Assembly: GCA_050248855.1 (NCBI GenBank) | Contig: JBFWRP010000015.1 | Coordinates: 40,508 to 93,534 of the forward strand | Length of the DNA stretch: 53,027 nucleotides | From: Planctomycetota bacterium | GTDB taxonomy: Bacteria > Planctomycetota > PLA2 > JAEUHO01 | Direction: 5' to 3' | Part shown: one piece after another, positions 39,960-49,098 of the stretch | Layout: each line of letters begins with the position of its first letter | How positions within the stretch are numbered: position 1 is the first letter of the stretch | Notes under the pieces: generated by a model | Told to the model about the DNA's origin: nothing | Seen by the model: only the letters and a program-made list of their open reading frames with translations | The model's database searches: none | Translations under genes and position numbers: made by a program

Positions 39960-41803
39960 TACCGCGGCGGGGCGGGGTCCACGCCTTCGGACTCCTGGTG
40001 CTTGTGCAGCGCGCGCAGGCGCTCGCGGTAGGCGCGCATGACGGCGCGACGGCGAAGCATGCCGAGCAGGCGTCCGTGGTCGTCCGCGTCCACCACGGGC
40101 AGCTCGTCCAGGTCCTTCAGGTCGAACTTCTCCAGGGCCTCGTGCAGGTCGTCCTGGGGCGTCAGCACGATCGGGTCGGTGGTCATGACGTCGTCCGCGA
40201 TGGCGACGACGCCGGCCGCGGTGTCGTACGTCAGCGAGCGCACGTCGTGGGCGCTGAAGATCCCCACGAAGCGACCGTCCTCGTCGAGCACGGGGAAGTA
40301 GTCGGCGTGCGTGGTCGTGACCGTGCGCAGGATCTCGGCGAGCGGCGTGCCGACGCGCACCGTCACGGGCGCCCGCTCGGTCTCCTGCACATCGGCCACG
40401 CTCAAGCCCTCGAGCAGCGGTGCCATGTACTCGCCCCTGTGCGCAGGTGACCACGCGCGATTGGGCACCTGCTTGGTGTACAGCGTCGTCCTGCCGGCCA
40501 GCAGGAAGCTCAGCCCGCAGACCCACATGGCCGGAAGCAGCAGCTGGTAGGAGCCCGTGATCTCCGTCACCATGATGATCGTGGCGATCGGTGAGCGCGC
40601 CGCCCCGGCGAAGAAGCCGCACATCCCGACGACGACGAACGTGCCGGGTCGCTCCACCCAGCCCAGCTCGTGGCCCAGCAAGCCGATCGCGCCACCGAGT
40701 GCGCCCCCCGCCACCATGGACGGACCGAACACGCCGGCGCTGCCCCCGGATCCGATCGTGAGCGACGTCGTGACGATCTTCGCGGCCGCCACCACGAACA
40801 GCAGGGTAATCGCGGATCCGCCGAGCAGCTTGCCGTCGAGCGCCTGCTGCACCACGCCGTAGCCCTGGCCCAGGACCGACAGCGCACGCTGGTCACCGAA
40901 GGTCTTCCACAGCAGCACGCCGATCGCACCCGTCAACAGGCCGCCCAGCGCGGCGCCGAGCGGCTTGGGCCACGGCGCCTTCTCGAAGACGTGCTCGATG
41001 CGCGACAGGGAGAACGTGAAGAAGTAGATGAACGGCACCAAGACCAAGGCCAGCACCGTGTAGGGCACCATCTCGCGCAAGTGGTCGAAGTCCAGCCCCG
41101 GCCCGATGCCGAACTGACGCCCGAAGTCCTGGAACCATCCGCAGAACACGCAGTACGCGACCGTGCACGCGATGAACGAGGGGATGATGGCCTCGCCCTC
41201 GATCTCGGGATCACGGTAGAGGATCTCGCTGGCGAAGAGCGCGCCGGCGAGCGGCGCGCGGAAGATCGCACCGATGCCTGCGCCCATGCCGGCGGCGACC
41301 AGGATCCGGCGGTAGCGGGGCTTGATGGCGAACCGCATGGCGAGGATCGATCCGATGCCGGCGCCGATCTGGGCGATCGGACCCTCGCGCCCGCCGCTAC
41401 CCCCCGTGCCCAGCGTCAGGGCGGTGGCCACGGCCTTGACGAGCGGCACGCGCGGTCGGATCACGCCGCCACGACGGTGGTAGGCGTCGATCACCGCATC
41501 CGTCCCGTGACCCACGGCCTCCGGTGCCCAGCGGCGGCAGATCCAGCTCGACAGCAACGCGCCGAGGGCGGGGAGCCAGAACAGGGCGTGGACCACGATG
41601 TGGTCCGGGATGCCGCCGCCATGGAACATCTGCGGCTCGCCGCGCGGGCCCTCGGGCGTGTAGCCGGCCACGCGCTCCAGCAGCAGCCAGTTCACGAAGT
41701 CGCAGAGCGCCTGGAAGCCCACGGCCGCGAGCCCCGCCCCGACGCCGACCATCGCGGCGAGGGAGTACATCGTGACCGAGGGGTTCCAGAACCGGCGGGG
41801 CAT
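39959..41803 (-). CDS. ClC-family chloride channel/antiporter with two CBS domains
   Basis: GGSGGREGP, FRAPLAGALFASE, GGSAGVFGP, C-terminal CBS pair. Confidence 0.93.
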   Translation of the reverse strand: MPRRFWNPSVTMYSLAAMVGVGAGLAAVGFQALCDFVNWLLLERVAGYTPEGPRGEPQMFHGGGIPDHIVVHALFWLPALGALLSSWICRRWAPEAVGHGTDAVIDAYHRRGGVIRPRVPLVKAVATALTLGTGGSGGREGPIAQIGAGIGSILAMRFAIKPRYRRILVAAGMGAGIGAIFRAPLAGALFASEILYRDPEIEGEAIIPSFIACTVAYCVFCGWFQDFGRQFGIGPGLDFDHLREMVPYTVLALVLVPFIYFFTFSLSRIEHVFEKAPWPKPLGAALGGLLTGAIGVLLWKTFGDQRALSVLGQGYGVVQQALDGKLLGGSAITLLFVVAAAKIVTTSLTIGSGGSAGVFGPSMVAGGALGGAIGLLGHELGWVERPGTFVVVGMCGFFAGAARSPIATIIMVTEITGSYQLLLPAMWVCGLSFLLAGRTTLYTKQVPNRAWSPAHRGEYMAPLLEGLSVADVQETERAPVTVRVGTPLAEILRTVTTTHADYFPVLDEDGRFVGIFSAHDVRSLTYDTAAGVVAIADDVMTTDPIVLTPQDDLHEALEKFDLKDLDELPVVDADDHGRLLGMLRRRAVMRAYRERLRALHKHQESEGVDPAPPR

Positions 41804-41876
41804 CCGGTCGGTCAGGGAACCGCACGCGGTTGCCAATGACCACCTTTGCCTGCCGCCTCCGGGGCAAGATGGGGGC

Positions 41877-42380
41877 GTGAACGCCGCCCCCGGTCCGCCG
41901 CCCTGCCGTCCCGGAGTCCTCGCCCTCGTCCTCCACGTGCTCGGAGCCAATGCCATCGGCCTCGTGGGCGCACTCACTACGGCAACCGGCGACTCGGCTT
42001 GGTACCAGGCGCTCGCCAAGCCGGCCTTCCAGCCTCCCTCGTGGGTGTTCGGCCCCGTCTGGACCTTGCTCTACACGCTGATGGGCGTGGCGGCCTGGCG
42101 CGTGAGCCGCGCGCCGGCCCCCCCGCGCACGGTTCGTACGGCGCTCTTCGTCTACGCCCACCAGCTCGTGCTCAATGGCGCCTGGACGCCGGTCTTCTTC
42201 GGTGCCCAGGCCCCTCGTGCGGGCCTGGTGATCCTGCTCCTTCTCGTGGCTGCGGTGGTCGCCACCCTCGTCACGTTCCGTCGTGCCGACCGCCTGGCCG
42301 GCTGGCTGCTCGTCCCGTACCTGCTCTGGGTCGTGTTCGCGGCGGTCCTGAACGCGTCCATCGTGGCGTTGGGGGCCTGA
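41877..42380 (+). CDS. tspO: TspO/MBR tryptophan-rich sensory protein
   Basis: WYQALAKPAFQPPSWVFGPVWT, LNGAWTPVFFG, LLVPYLLWV. Confidence 0.92.
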   Translation: MNAAPGPPPCRPGVLALVLHVLGANAIGLVGALTTATGDSAWYQALAKPAFQPPSWVFGPVWTLLYTLMGVAAWRVSRAPAPPRTVRTALFVYAHQLVLNGAWTPVFFGAQAPRAGLVILLLLVAAVVATLVTFRRADRLAGWLLVPYLLWVVFAAVLNASIVALGA

Positions 42381-42453
42381 ACGGGGCGGCCCGCCGGGCA
42401 CGCGTCAGTCCAAGCGGGACAACCGGGGCGGTCGGGGCGATGCTCCCGACCCG

Positions 42454-43719
42454 ATGGTGGTCGAACGCTTCACCGCCTACCACCACCTGCGCGCAGCGCT
42501 CCTGCTCGGCGGCGCGCAGGGCGTGTTCACGTTCAACGAGTACGTCGCACGGCGTGAGCTGGGCGCAGGCCGCGAGCACATCGTGGCGCTGCTCCTTGCA
42601 CCGGCCATGGCGCAGACGCTGGCCACCTTCTGGAATCCGGCGGACCCGGGCCGCCTCCTCGGGCGCCGCCCCTTCCGGATCCTCGGCATGGGTGGGCAGT
42701 CGCCCGTGGCACTGCTGGCCCTCGTGGCGGCGCTGGGCGTGGCCGTGGGTGCGACCCCGTTCGTGGCCGTGCTCGCCTTGGCCTCGGTGTGTGGCGCCCT
42801 GCTCATCCCGACGCAAGGGGCCATCCTCTCGAACAACTACCCGGCGGCGCGGCGCAGCCAGCGCTTCTCCGCGGCCGTGGCCTTGCAGGCTGCCGGCCTC
42901 GTCGTGGTGAGCGTGCCGCTCGGCTACGCCCTGGACGAGCGGACCGGCGTGTGGCCCTACGCCTGGTTCGTCGGCGCCGTGCTGGCCGCCCTGGGGTACG
43001 CGCGGTGGGGACAGCTGCGCCGGCGCCGTCCGCCGCCGCCTCCCACCGACCTCGTCGCGCACCGCTCGCCGTGGCGCACGCTGCGCCATGACCGGCGGTT
43101 CCTCGTGTTCGAGGCGGCCTTCATGGTCTACGGCATCGGCTTCCTGGCCCTGCAGCCCGTGTTGCCGCTGTACCTGCTCGACGAGCTGCACGTCGACTAC
43201 ACCCAGGTCGCCCTGGCCCGCGGCGCCCTCTTCTGGATCGCGATGATCGTGGCCTCGCCCTTCGCCGGCCGCCTGGGCGACCGCTTCGGCGTGCTGCGTC
43301 TGGGCGCGTTCGGCTTCGCCTTGCTCGGCGCGTTCGCCGCCATCTTGCTGGTCTGGCGCGACATCGCCGGCGTCTACGTGGGCTTCGTCGTGTTCGGGCT
43401 GGCCATGTCGTGCGTGAACGTGGCCTGGAACCTGGGGCCCATCGCCCTCGCCCAAGGGCGCGATCCGCTGCCCTATCTCAATGCGCACATCGGCCTCATC
43501 GGCATCCGTGCGGTGATCGGCATGGTCGGCGGCACGTGGGCGCAGCAGGAGCTGGGCAGCGCCGCGGTCTTCCAAGGCACGATCGTCCTGGAGGCGCTCG
43601 CCGTGCTCACCATGGTGGCCGCCGCCGGCCCCGGCGGTCGCCCCTGGCGCGCCCGGGGCCGGCGCGCGGAAGACGTCCCCCCGCCGGCGCCCGAGGCGTC
43701 GCTGCCGCCCGCGCCATGA
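42454..43719 (+). CDS. MFS transporter
   Basis: About 12 hydrophobic segments; GRLGDRFG motif A. Confidence 0.82.
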   Translation: MVVERFTAYHHLRAALLLGGAQGVFTFNEYVARRELGAGREHIVALLLAPAMAQTLATFWNPADPGRLLGRRPFRILGMGGQSPVALLALVAALGVAVGATPFVAVLALASVCGALLIPTQGAILSNNYPAARRSQRFSAAVALQAAGLVVVSVPLGYALDERTGVWPYAWFVGAVLAALGYARWGQLRRRRPPPPPTDLVAHRSPWRTLRHDRRFLVFEAAFMVYGIGFLALQPVLPLYLLDELHVDYTQVALARGALFWIAMIVASPFAGRLGDRFGVLRLGAFGFALLGAFAAILLVWRDIAGVYVGFVVFGLAMSCVNVAWNLGPIALAQGRDPLPYLNAHIGLIGIRAVIGMVGGTWAQQELGSAAVFQGTIVLEALAVLTMVAAAGPGGRPWRARGRRAEDVPPPAPEASLPPAP

Positions 43720-43727
43720 GCGACCTC

Positions 43728-43793
43728 GGCGGTGCCAGGCTCCTTGCTGCGGCGCCGCAAGCAGCGCAAACGCGAGCCGGGCACGATTGCGCG
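43728..43793. repeat. REP-like hairpin between convergent genes
   Basis: GTGCCAGGCTC...GAGCCGGGCAC arms; the 5' 20 bp match 27037-27056 (reverse complement). Confidence 0.55.
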
Positions 43794-43794
43794 C

Positions 43795-46677
43795 CTACCT
43801 TCCCTTCCAGGGGCGGTTCTCGCGGAGGCACTCGGAGAGCTCGACGTAGACGCGGCGGGTGGCGTCCACGAAGGACTCCTCGTCGTCGGCGAACGGCAGG
43901 AGGTGGGCGCTGATGCGCTCGGAGAGGTTGCCGCGCTCCAAGATCGGCTCGATGTCGTCGAGGTAGTGCGCCTCGTCCTTGCGGACGTTCTTGCGCGCAA
44001 TGCTCACGAGACGGCCGAGCACCTGCGTCACGGTGACGGGCCCGTCGCGCGCGTCATCGTCGCGCAGATGGGGAGCGTGTACGGTCGCGCGCGTTCCGTG
44101 GCGCACGGTGGCGTGCAGGTCGTCGACCAGGAGCTCCTGCGCCGGCCGCTCGAGGCGTCCCGCCAACACCGCCCCCGCCAGGCCCTTGAGGGCCGAGCGG
44201 ACGAACACGGAGATGGCCACGTCCATCCGCACGCACTCCTGCATGTCGATGACGCGCACCTCCATGGACTTGCGGGAGAACTTGATGACCGCGCCGCGGG
44301 CGTTCAGGAACTCGTGGCGAATGGCACCGGCATCGGGCAGGCGGTCCACGGCCTCGTACATGGGCTGGAACACGTCGCGCCGGTATTGGCGGTACCCCGT
44401 CATCGGCTCGGGCACGATGTCCCCGCACGAGGCCGGCAGGCGTTGCTGATGCTCCAGCACGTGGGCCATGCGGTTGTCCACGGCCGATTGGATCTCGCCG
44501 TCGTGGATGGGGCTGCTCGCCGCGAGCGCGGGCAGGTACGGCACGAGGAGGGCCGCGGCGTTCATCATCGCCACGCCTTCCTGCTCGGTGCCCAGGGGCA
44601 GGTTGACGTGCACGGCCTGTACGTTGGCCCAGCCGTGCGTGTGGACGTCGAAGAGGCGTTGGTACGTGCCGTAGATGGCGTTGTTCGAACGCGACCACAC
44701 GTGCGCCTGCGACGGGCGCAGCCACGGGTGCATGCCCGTCGGCAGCAAGCGCGCGTCGAAGCGCTGGTGCAGGAGCGTGGAGAGGCGGTCCACGCCCGCG
44801 TGCAACCACCGCTCGGCCTCCACGAGGCTGCGCGGGGGCCACGTCGTCTTGATCTCCAGGACGTGGTCCATGATCTCGTTGCTGAAGCCGACGGCGCCCA
44901 GCTCGAGATCGCTCGTCGGATGCCCGGCCAACGCCGCCAAGGCGTCCTCCACCAGCGACGCCGCATTCAGGTCCCGGTCGACGACGGCGTACTCGAGCTC
45001 GAGCCCGCAGACCTCGAAGGGGCGGTAGTCCTCGCGGATGCGCGACTTCGTGCGGGGGCCGATGGGCTTGCGCAGGGGATCGCGGGCCTTGGCCCGCGCG
45101 TGCTTGGTTCGCGCGGGCCGAGCCGGTCGGTTGGCCTTGGCAATGCGATCCCGGAACCAGTCGATCAGGTCTTCGTAGATCACGTTGCCGTCGGCCGCGT
45201 CGTCGTAGCCGATGTCCAGGTTCGGGTTGTCGTTGACCTCGATCACCACGGGGCCGTCCTTGCCCGGCTTGATGTCCACGCCGTAGAGGCCGTCGCCGAT
45301 CAGCGCGGCGGCCTTCAAGGCCAAGCGCGTGACATCGCGGGGCGCCGTGCGTCGAGGGATCGCCTCGACACGTCCATAGCGGGCCCCGGTGCGTCCCTCC
45401 GCGCGGATCTGCCAGTGGCCTTCGGCCATGTGGTAGCGCGCCACGAACAGCACCTTGCCACCGAGCACGGTGACGCGCCAGTCGAACGGCGTCGGCATCC
45501 AGCGCTGCACGACGAGGAGCGGGCTCTTGTCGAACAGCTCGGCGGTCCTCGCGCGGTACTCGGCCTCGCTCCCGATGCGGTGCACGCCCGTGGAGAAGCT
45601 GCCGTCGGGCACCTTGACGACGAACGGCAGGCCCAGCCGCGCCTCGAGGTCCTCGAAGGGCGTCGTGGGCGCAGCGAGCTCGGTCGGGGGCGTCGGCACG
45701 TCCTCGCGCTGCAGCAGCTCATGGAGGAACACCTTGTTGCTGCAGCGGAAGATGGACTGCGGGTCGTCCACGACCGGCAGCCCGAGCGCCTCGGCGCGCA
45801 GGGCCAGGCGGTAGGACGGCAGCGTGGGGCCCGTGAGCACGCGCAGGAAGATCGCGTCGAACGTGGCCAGGCGCTGGGGCTCGTCGGAGCGCAGGCGGCT
45901 CACGTGCATCCCACGGCGTGCCCCGATGCGCTCGATGCGCTCGATCGTCTCGGGCGTGGAGGGCGCGAACGCGGCCCCCTCGTCGTAGACGATGCCGAGG
46001 GCCGGCAGTCGCTCGCCGGGCGAGCGCGGCTTCTGGGGCGGCTCGGCCAGCAGTGCGACGAGGCGGTCGCGGCCCGCAGCGTCGAGCTGGCTGATGCCGG
46101 CGGCACTCACGTCCACGACGCACCAGGTCTCCTGCTCGAGGAGCAACGTGACACGGAGCAGCGGCACCGGGACGACGCGGTAGATCGCCGCGGCCACGCG
46201 CCGGTCATTCTTCTGCTCCGCGGTGCCGAGCATGACCTCGATCTCGCGGACCTCGGGCTCGCGTGCGAGGCGCAGGCGCCCTCCCTCTTCCTCGATCACC
46301 CAGGCTCCGCTCGCGCGCTCCTTGAGCGTGCGACGGCGTGCCGTCATCCGCGAGGGGTGCACGACGTCGAGGCCCGCCTCCTCGAGCTGGTCGAAGAGCG
46401 TGGTGGCGTCGCCCAGCAGCGAGAGCGTGGCTACCGAGGGCAGCACGTCCTGGCCACGCGCCTCGGCCACCAGCGACACGTAGTAGCCGGGCGAACGGTA
46501 CGCGAGCGAGCGGCAGAGGTTGTAGACGGTCGTGGCGCGATGGCGCAGACCGTCGCCCGCTCCGAGGAACGTGTCGGCGTCCAGCGCGCCGGGACCCACG
46601 AGCTCCGCGGTCCTCTTCTCCGTGACGACGACGAGGGAACGCGGCCCCTGGACGGGGCCCGGTCGCGGGGCGTTCAT
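43795..46677 (-). CDS. Fusion of RLAN + RimK-like ATP-grasp ligase and GCS2-family carboxylate-amine ligase
   Basis: RLAN: YNLCRSLAYRSPGYYVSLVAEARG. ATP-grasp: VKVPDGSFS, DWRV, YGVDIK, IEVNDNPN. GCS2: GLELEY, NEIMDHVLEIKT, TGMHP, HGWANVQAVHVN, EVRVIDMQEC. ATG overlaps the upstream TGA. Confidence 0.88.
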   Translation of the reverse strand: MNAPRPGPVQGPRSLVVVTEKRTAELVGPGALDADTFLGAGDGLRHRATTVYNLCRSLAYRSPGYYVSLVAEARGQDVLPSVATLSLLGDATTLFDQLEEAGLDVVHPSRMTARRRTLKERASGAWVIEEEGGRLRLAREPEVREIEVMLGTAEQKNDRRVAAAIYRVVPVPLLRVTLLLEQETWCVVDVSAAGISQLDAAGRDRLVALLAEPPQKPRSPGERLPALGIVYDEGAAFAPSTPETIERIERIGARRGMHVSRLRSDEPQRLATFDAIFLRVLTGPTLPSYRLALRAEALGLPVVDDPQSIFRCSNKVFLHELLQREDVPTPPTELAAPTTPFEDLEARLGLPFVVKVPDGSFSTGVHRIGSEAEYRARTAELFDKSPLLVVQRWMPTPFDWRVTVLGGKVLFVARYHMAEGHWQIRAEGRTGARYGRVEAIPRRTAPRDVTRLALKAAALIGDGLYGVDIKPGKDGPVVIEVNDNPNLDIGYDDAADGNVIYEDLIDWFRDRIAKANRPARPARTKHARAKARDPLRKPIGPRTKSRIREDYRPFEVCGLELEYAVVDRDLNAASLVEDALAALAGHPTSDLELGAVGFSNEIMDHVLEIKTTWPPRSLVEAERWLHAGVDRLSTLLHQRFDARLLPTGMHPWLRPSQAHVWSRSNNAIYGTYQRLFDVHTHGWANVQAVHVNLPLGTEQEGVAMMNAAALLVPYLPALAASSPIHDGEIQSAVDNRMAHVLEHQQRLPASCGDIVPEPMTGYRQYRRDVFQPMYEAVDRLPDAGAIRHEFLNARGAVIKFSRKSMEVRVIDMQECVRMDVAISVFVRSALKGLAGAVLAGRLERPAQELLVDDLHATVRHGTRATVHAPHLRDDDARDGPVTVTQVLGRLVSIARKNVRKDEAHYLDDIEPILERGNLSERISAHLLPFADDEESFVDATRRVYVELSECLRENRPWKGR

Positions 46678-47435
46678 GACGACGAGGTGTCTCCAGCCGG
46701 CCACATCTCGAGCAGGACGGCATCGTACGTGATCTGGCCCAGCAGCACGGCGTTGAGGAGTCGGGTGGCATCGACCACGCGTTCCCCGTGGGGCCCGAGA
46801 GGGGAGTCCGCCATGGGATCGACGACGAGGAAGCGTCGCCCGTGGTCCTCGTACCCGCTGATGACGACGAAATGGCCCACCGGCTCGCCGCCGATGTCGT
46901 CGGGCAGGTTGGTCCGCGGGTCCTCCCGAGGCGTGCCGTAGAGGTAGGTCGCGCTCAGGCCCGCGAGCAGCGGACGACCTCGCGCGAGCATGCCGACCAG
47001 CAGGCCGCGATCCAGCTCGGCGAAGTCCACCTCACCCCCCGCGGCGAGGAATCTCGCGTACGCACCCAGGGCATAGCGCACCTTGGCGCGCGAGGCGACG
47101 CGACGTCGCGCCCGCACCTTGGCGAGCAGGGCCGCGCGTGGGAGCTCGTGCCACGACGGGTCGAAGAGCCGGAGGTTCCAGGTCCAGATGCGCACGCGGT
47201 AGCGGCGGGCCAGCGCGGCCCGGCCGATGTGCACGGCGAGCGTGCCGCCGTCCTCGTTGCGCTCGATGCTGCCCATCGCCTCGCCGATGCCGAGGCGATC
47301 GCCGTGGAACCGGCAGACCATCGCCATGCACGCCGGTCCGCACGAGACGTCGTCCGGCTGCACGAGTCGATCGACCGGCAGCGCGAGGGAGGCGGGGGGT
47401 GCGGCAGCCGGGTCCTCCCGGCCAGCGGACGTCAT
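46674..47435 (-). CDS. Peptidase C39-like protein
   Basis: QPDDVSCGPAC (Cys), GGTLAVH, LSATYLY, GHFVVISGY (His), VDP (Asp). Confidence 0.88.
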   Translation of the reverse strand: MTSAGREDPAAAPPASLALPVDRLVQPDDVSCGPACMAMVCRFHGDRLGIGEAMGSIERNEDGGTLAVHIGRAALARRYRVRIWTWNLRLFDPSWHELPRAALLAKVRARRRVASRAKVRYALGAYARFLAAGGEVDFAELDRGLLVGMLARGRPLLAGLSATYLYGTPREDPRTNLPDDIGGEPVGHFVVISGYEDHGRRFLVVDPMADSPLGPHGERVVDATRLLNAVLLGQITYDAVLLEMWPAGDTSSS

Positions 47436-47494
47436 GGGCGCGCATGGTAGGCGGGCGCGGTGGCGCGCCGGGAGAGCCAACCGCCCCGGGATTC

Positions 47495-49048
47495 CTAGCG
47501 CTGCTCGTCGTGCCCGGTGAGGAAGCGGCGTATGGCCTCGCCGAGCTTGAGGCTGTCGCGCCGGATGTCGGAGCGCGTCTGGGTGTCCAGCGCCGCCCGC
47601 GACTCCAGCAGCCCGGCCCGGCGCAGCACGGTGATCTCGGCCAGACGCCCGGCGACGTCCGGCGCACGCTCGAGGACCGCGCGCAGGGTGCCCGCGCCGA
47701 GCTCGAGCAGCCGCGTGTCCTCCAGGGTCCGGATCGTCGTCGTGCGCGGGTTCCCCGTGAGGAGCGCGAGCTCGCCGAACAGCTCTCCTGGACCCAGCTC
47801 GGCCACGCGGCGCTCGGCGGTTCCGTCCGAGAGGATCGCCGCCACGCGCCCCGTGTCGACGACGTAGGACGTGGAGCCGGCCTCGCCCTGGACGACGACG
47901 TCCTGGTTCGCGCCGAACTCCAGGACCCGCGTGCCCTCGACCAGGAGGTCCAGGAGCTCGGGCGCCAGCTCGCGGAACAGGTCCGTGCCGGCGAGATGCC
48001 GCCGGATGACCGCTGGCGTGATGGGAGGCGCCGACCAGCCGGGCTGGAGGCGCCGTACCTCGCGCACCGGGTAGGGGAAGCTGATGCCCGCGCGCTTGAA
48101 GAAGTACCAGACGTGGGCGAAGAACGCGCCGCGCACGTCGGGCAGCCGGTCCACGTCGCGCACCCACGCCTTGACCTCGTAGTCGATGCCGCTCTCGCCG
48201 TAGGCGCGAATGCGCAGGCGCGGCTCGGGATCGCGTGCGATCTCGGGCGTCGCCCGGGCGGCGCGCGCGAGCACGTTGCGCACTTGGTTGGGCGGTGCGT
48301 CGTAAGGCGCCGAGACCACGTACAGCTCGGCGTGGGCGGGCTCGGCCCTGGAGACGTTGCGGATGGTGCTGCCTGCCACGTGCCGGTTCGCCATGGTCAC
48401 GACGTCGCCCTGGCGCGTGCGCAGGCGCGTGGTGCGGCGCGAGATGCGCAACACCTGTCCCTCGACGTCGCCCACGTAGATCCAGTCGCCCAGCCCGTAG
48501 GTGCGCTCGCTGACCAGGCCCATGCCGGCGAAGAAGTTGGCCAGCGTCTCCTGCAGCGCGAAACCGAGGATCACCGTGCCGACGGCCGAGGCCGTGAAGA
48601 GCGCCTCGAACCACTCCGTCCGGCCCCAGATGCCACCGACCACGAGGAAGATCATGGCGATCCAGAGCACGTAGCGGGCGCCGTCGAGCAGGAGGTCCGG
48701 GATCTGGATGCCCAGGCCGTCCGTGACCAAGCGCGACGTGAGGAACGTGCGAACGACGCCGAGGATCGCCGTGGCGCCGAAGAACACGAGCAGCGTCCAG
48801 CCGATGTTGGCCGTGGCGTGCTCTGCACCCGCTCCCCAGCCAAGCGGCATCCCCTCGAGGGCGGCACCCACCAAGAGGGCAATGGCCGAGCCCCAGAGCA
48901 GCAACGGTGCGGCCACGCTGGGCCACCACGGCACCTGCTTGCGGACCAACGTGCGCAGCAAGAGCGCGCCAGCGAAGGTCAGCCCGATGGCCACCACGAG
49001 CGCGACGAGGACGGCAACCGGACTGACGGCCAGGGCGTGGAACGACAC
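47495..49048 (-). CDS. MscS-family mechanosensitive channel with C-terminal cyclic-nucleotide-binding domain
   Basis: ILGFALQETLANFFAG, GDWIYVG, ISFPYP, QGEAG...FGELALLTGNPRTTT. Confidence 0.9.
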   Translation of the reverse strand: MSFHALAVSPVAVLVALVVAIGLTFAGALLLRTLVRKQVPWWPSVAAPLLLWGSAIALLVGAALEGMPLGWGAGAEHATANIGWTLLVFFGATAILGVVRTFLTSRLVTDGLGIQIPDLLLDGARYVLWIAMIFLVVGGIWGRTEWFEALFTASAVGTVILGFALQETLANFFAGMGLVSERTYGLGDWIYVGDVEGQVLRISRRTTRLRTRQGDVVTMANRHVAGSTIRNVSRAEPAHAELYVVSAPYDAPPNQVRNVLARAARATPEIARDPEPRLRIRAYGESGIDYEVKAWVRDVDRLPDVRGAFFAHVWYFFKRAGISFPYPVREVRRLQPGWSAPPITPAVIRRHLAGTDLFRELAPELLDLLVEGTRVLEFGANQDVVVQGEAGSTSYVVDTGRVAAILSDGTAERRVAELGPGELFGELALLTGNPRTTTIRTLEDTRLLELGAGTLRAVLERAPDVAGRLAEITVLRRAGLLESRAALDTQTRSDIRRDSLKLGEAIRRFLTGHDEQR

Positions 49049-49098
49049 GGCGGCGAGCGTACCTGGGGCCCGTCGCCAGGGTAGAAGTCCGGTGGGGG

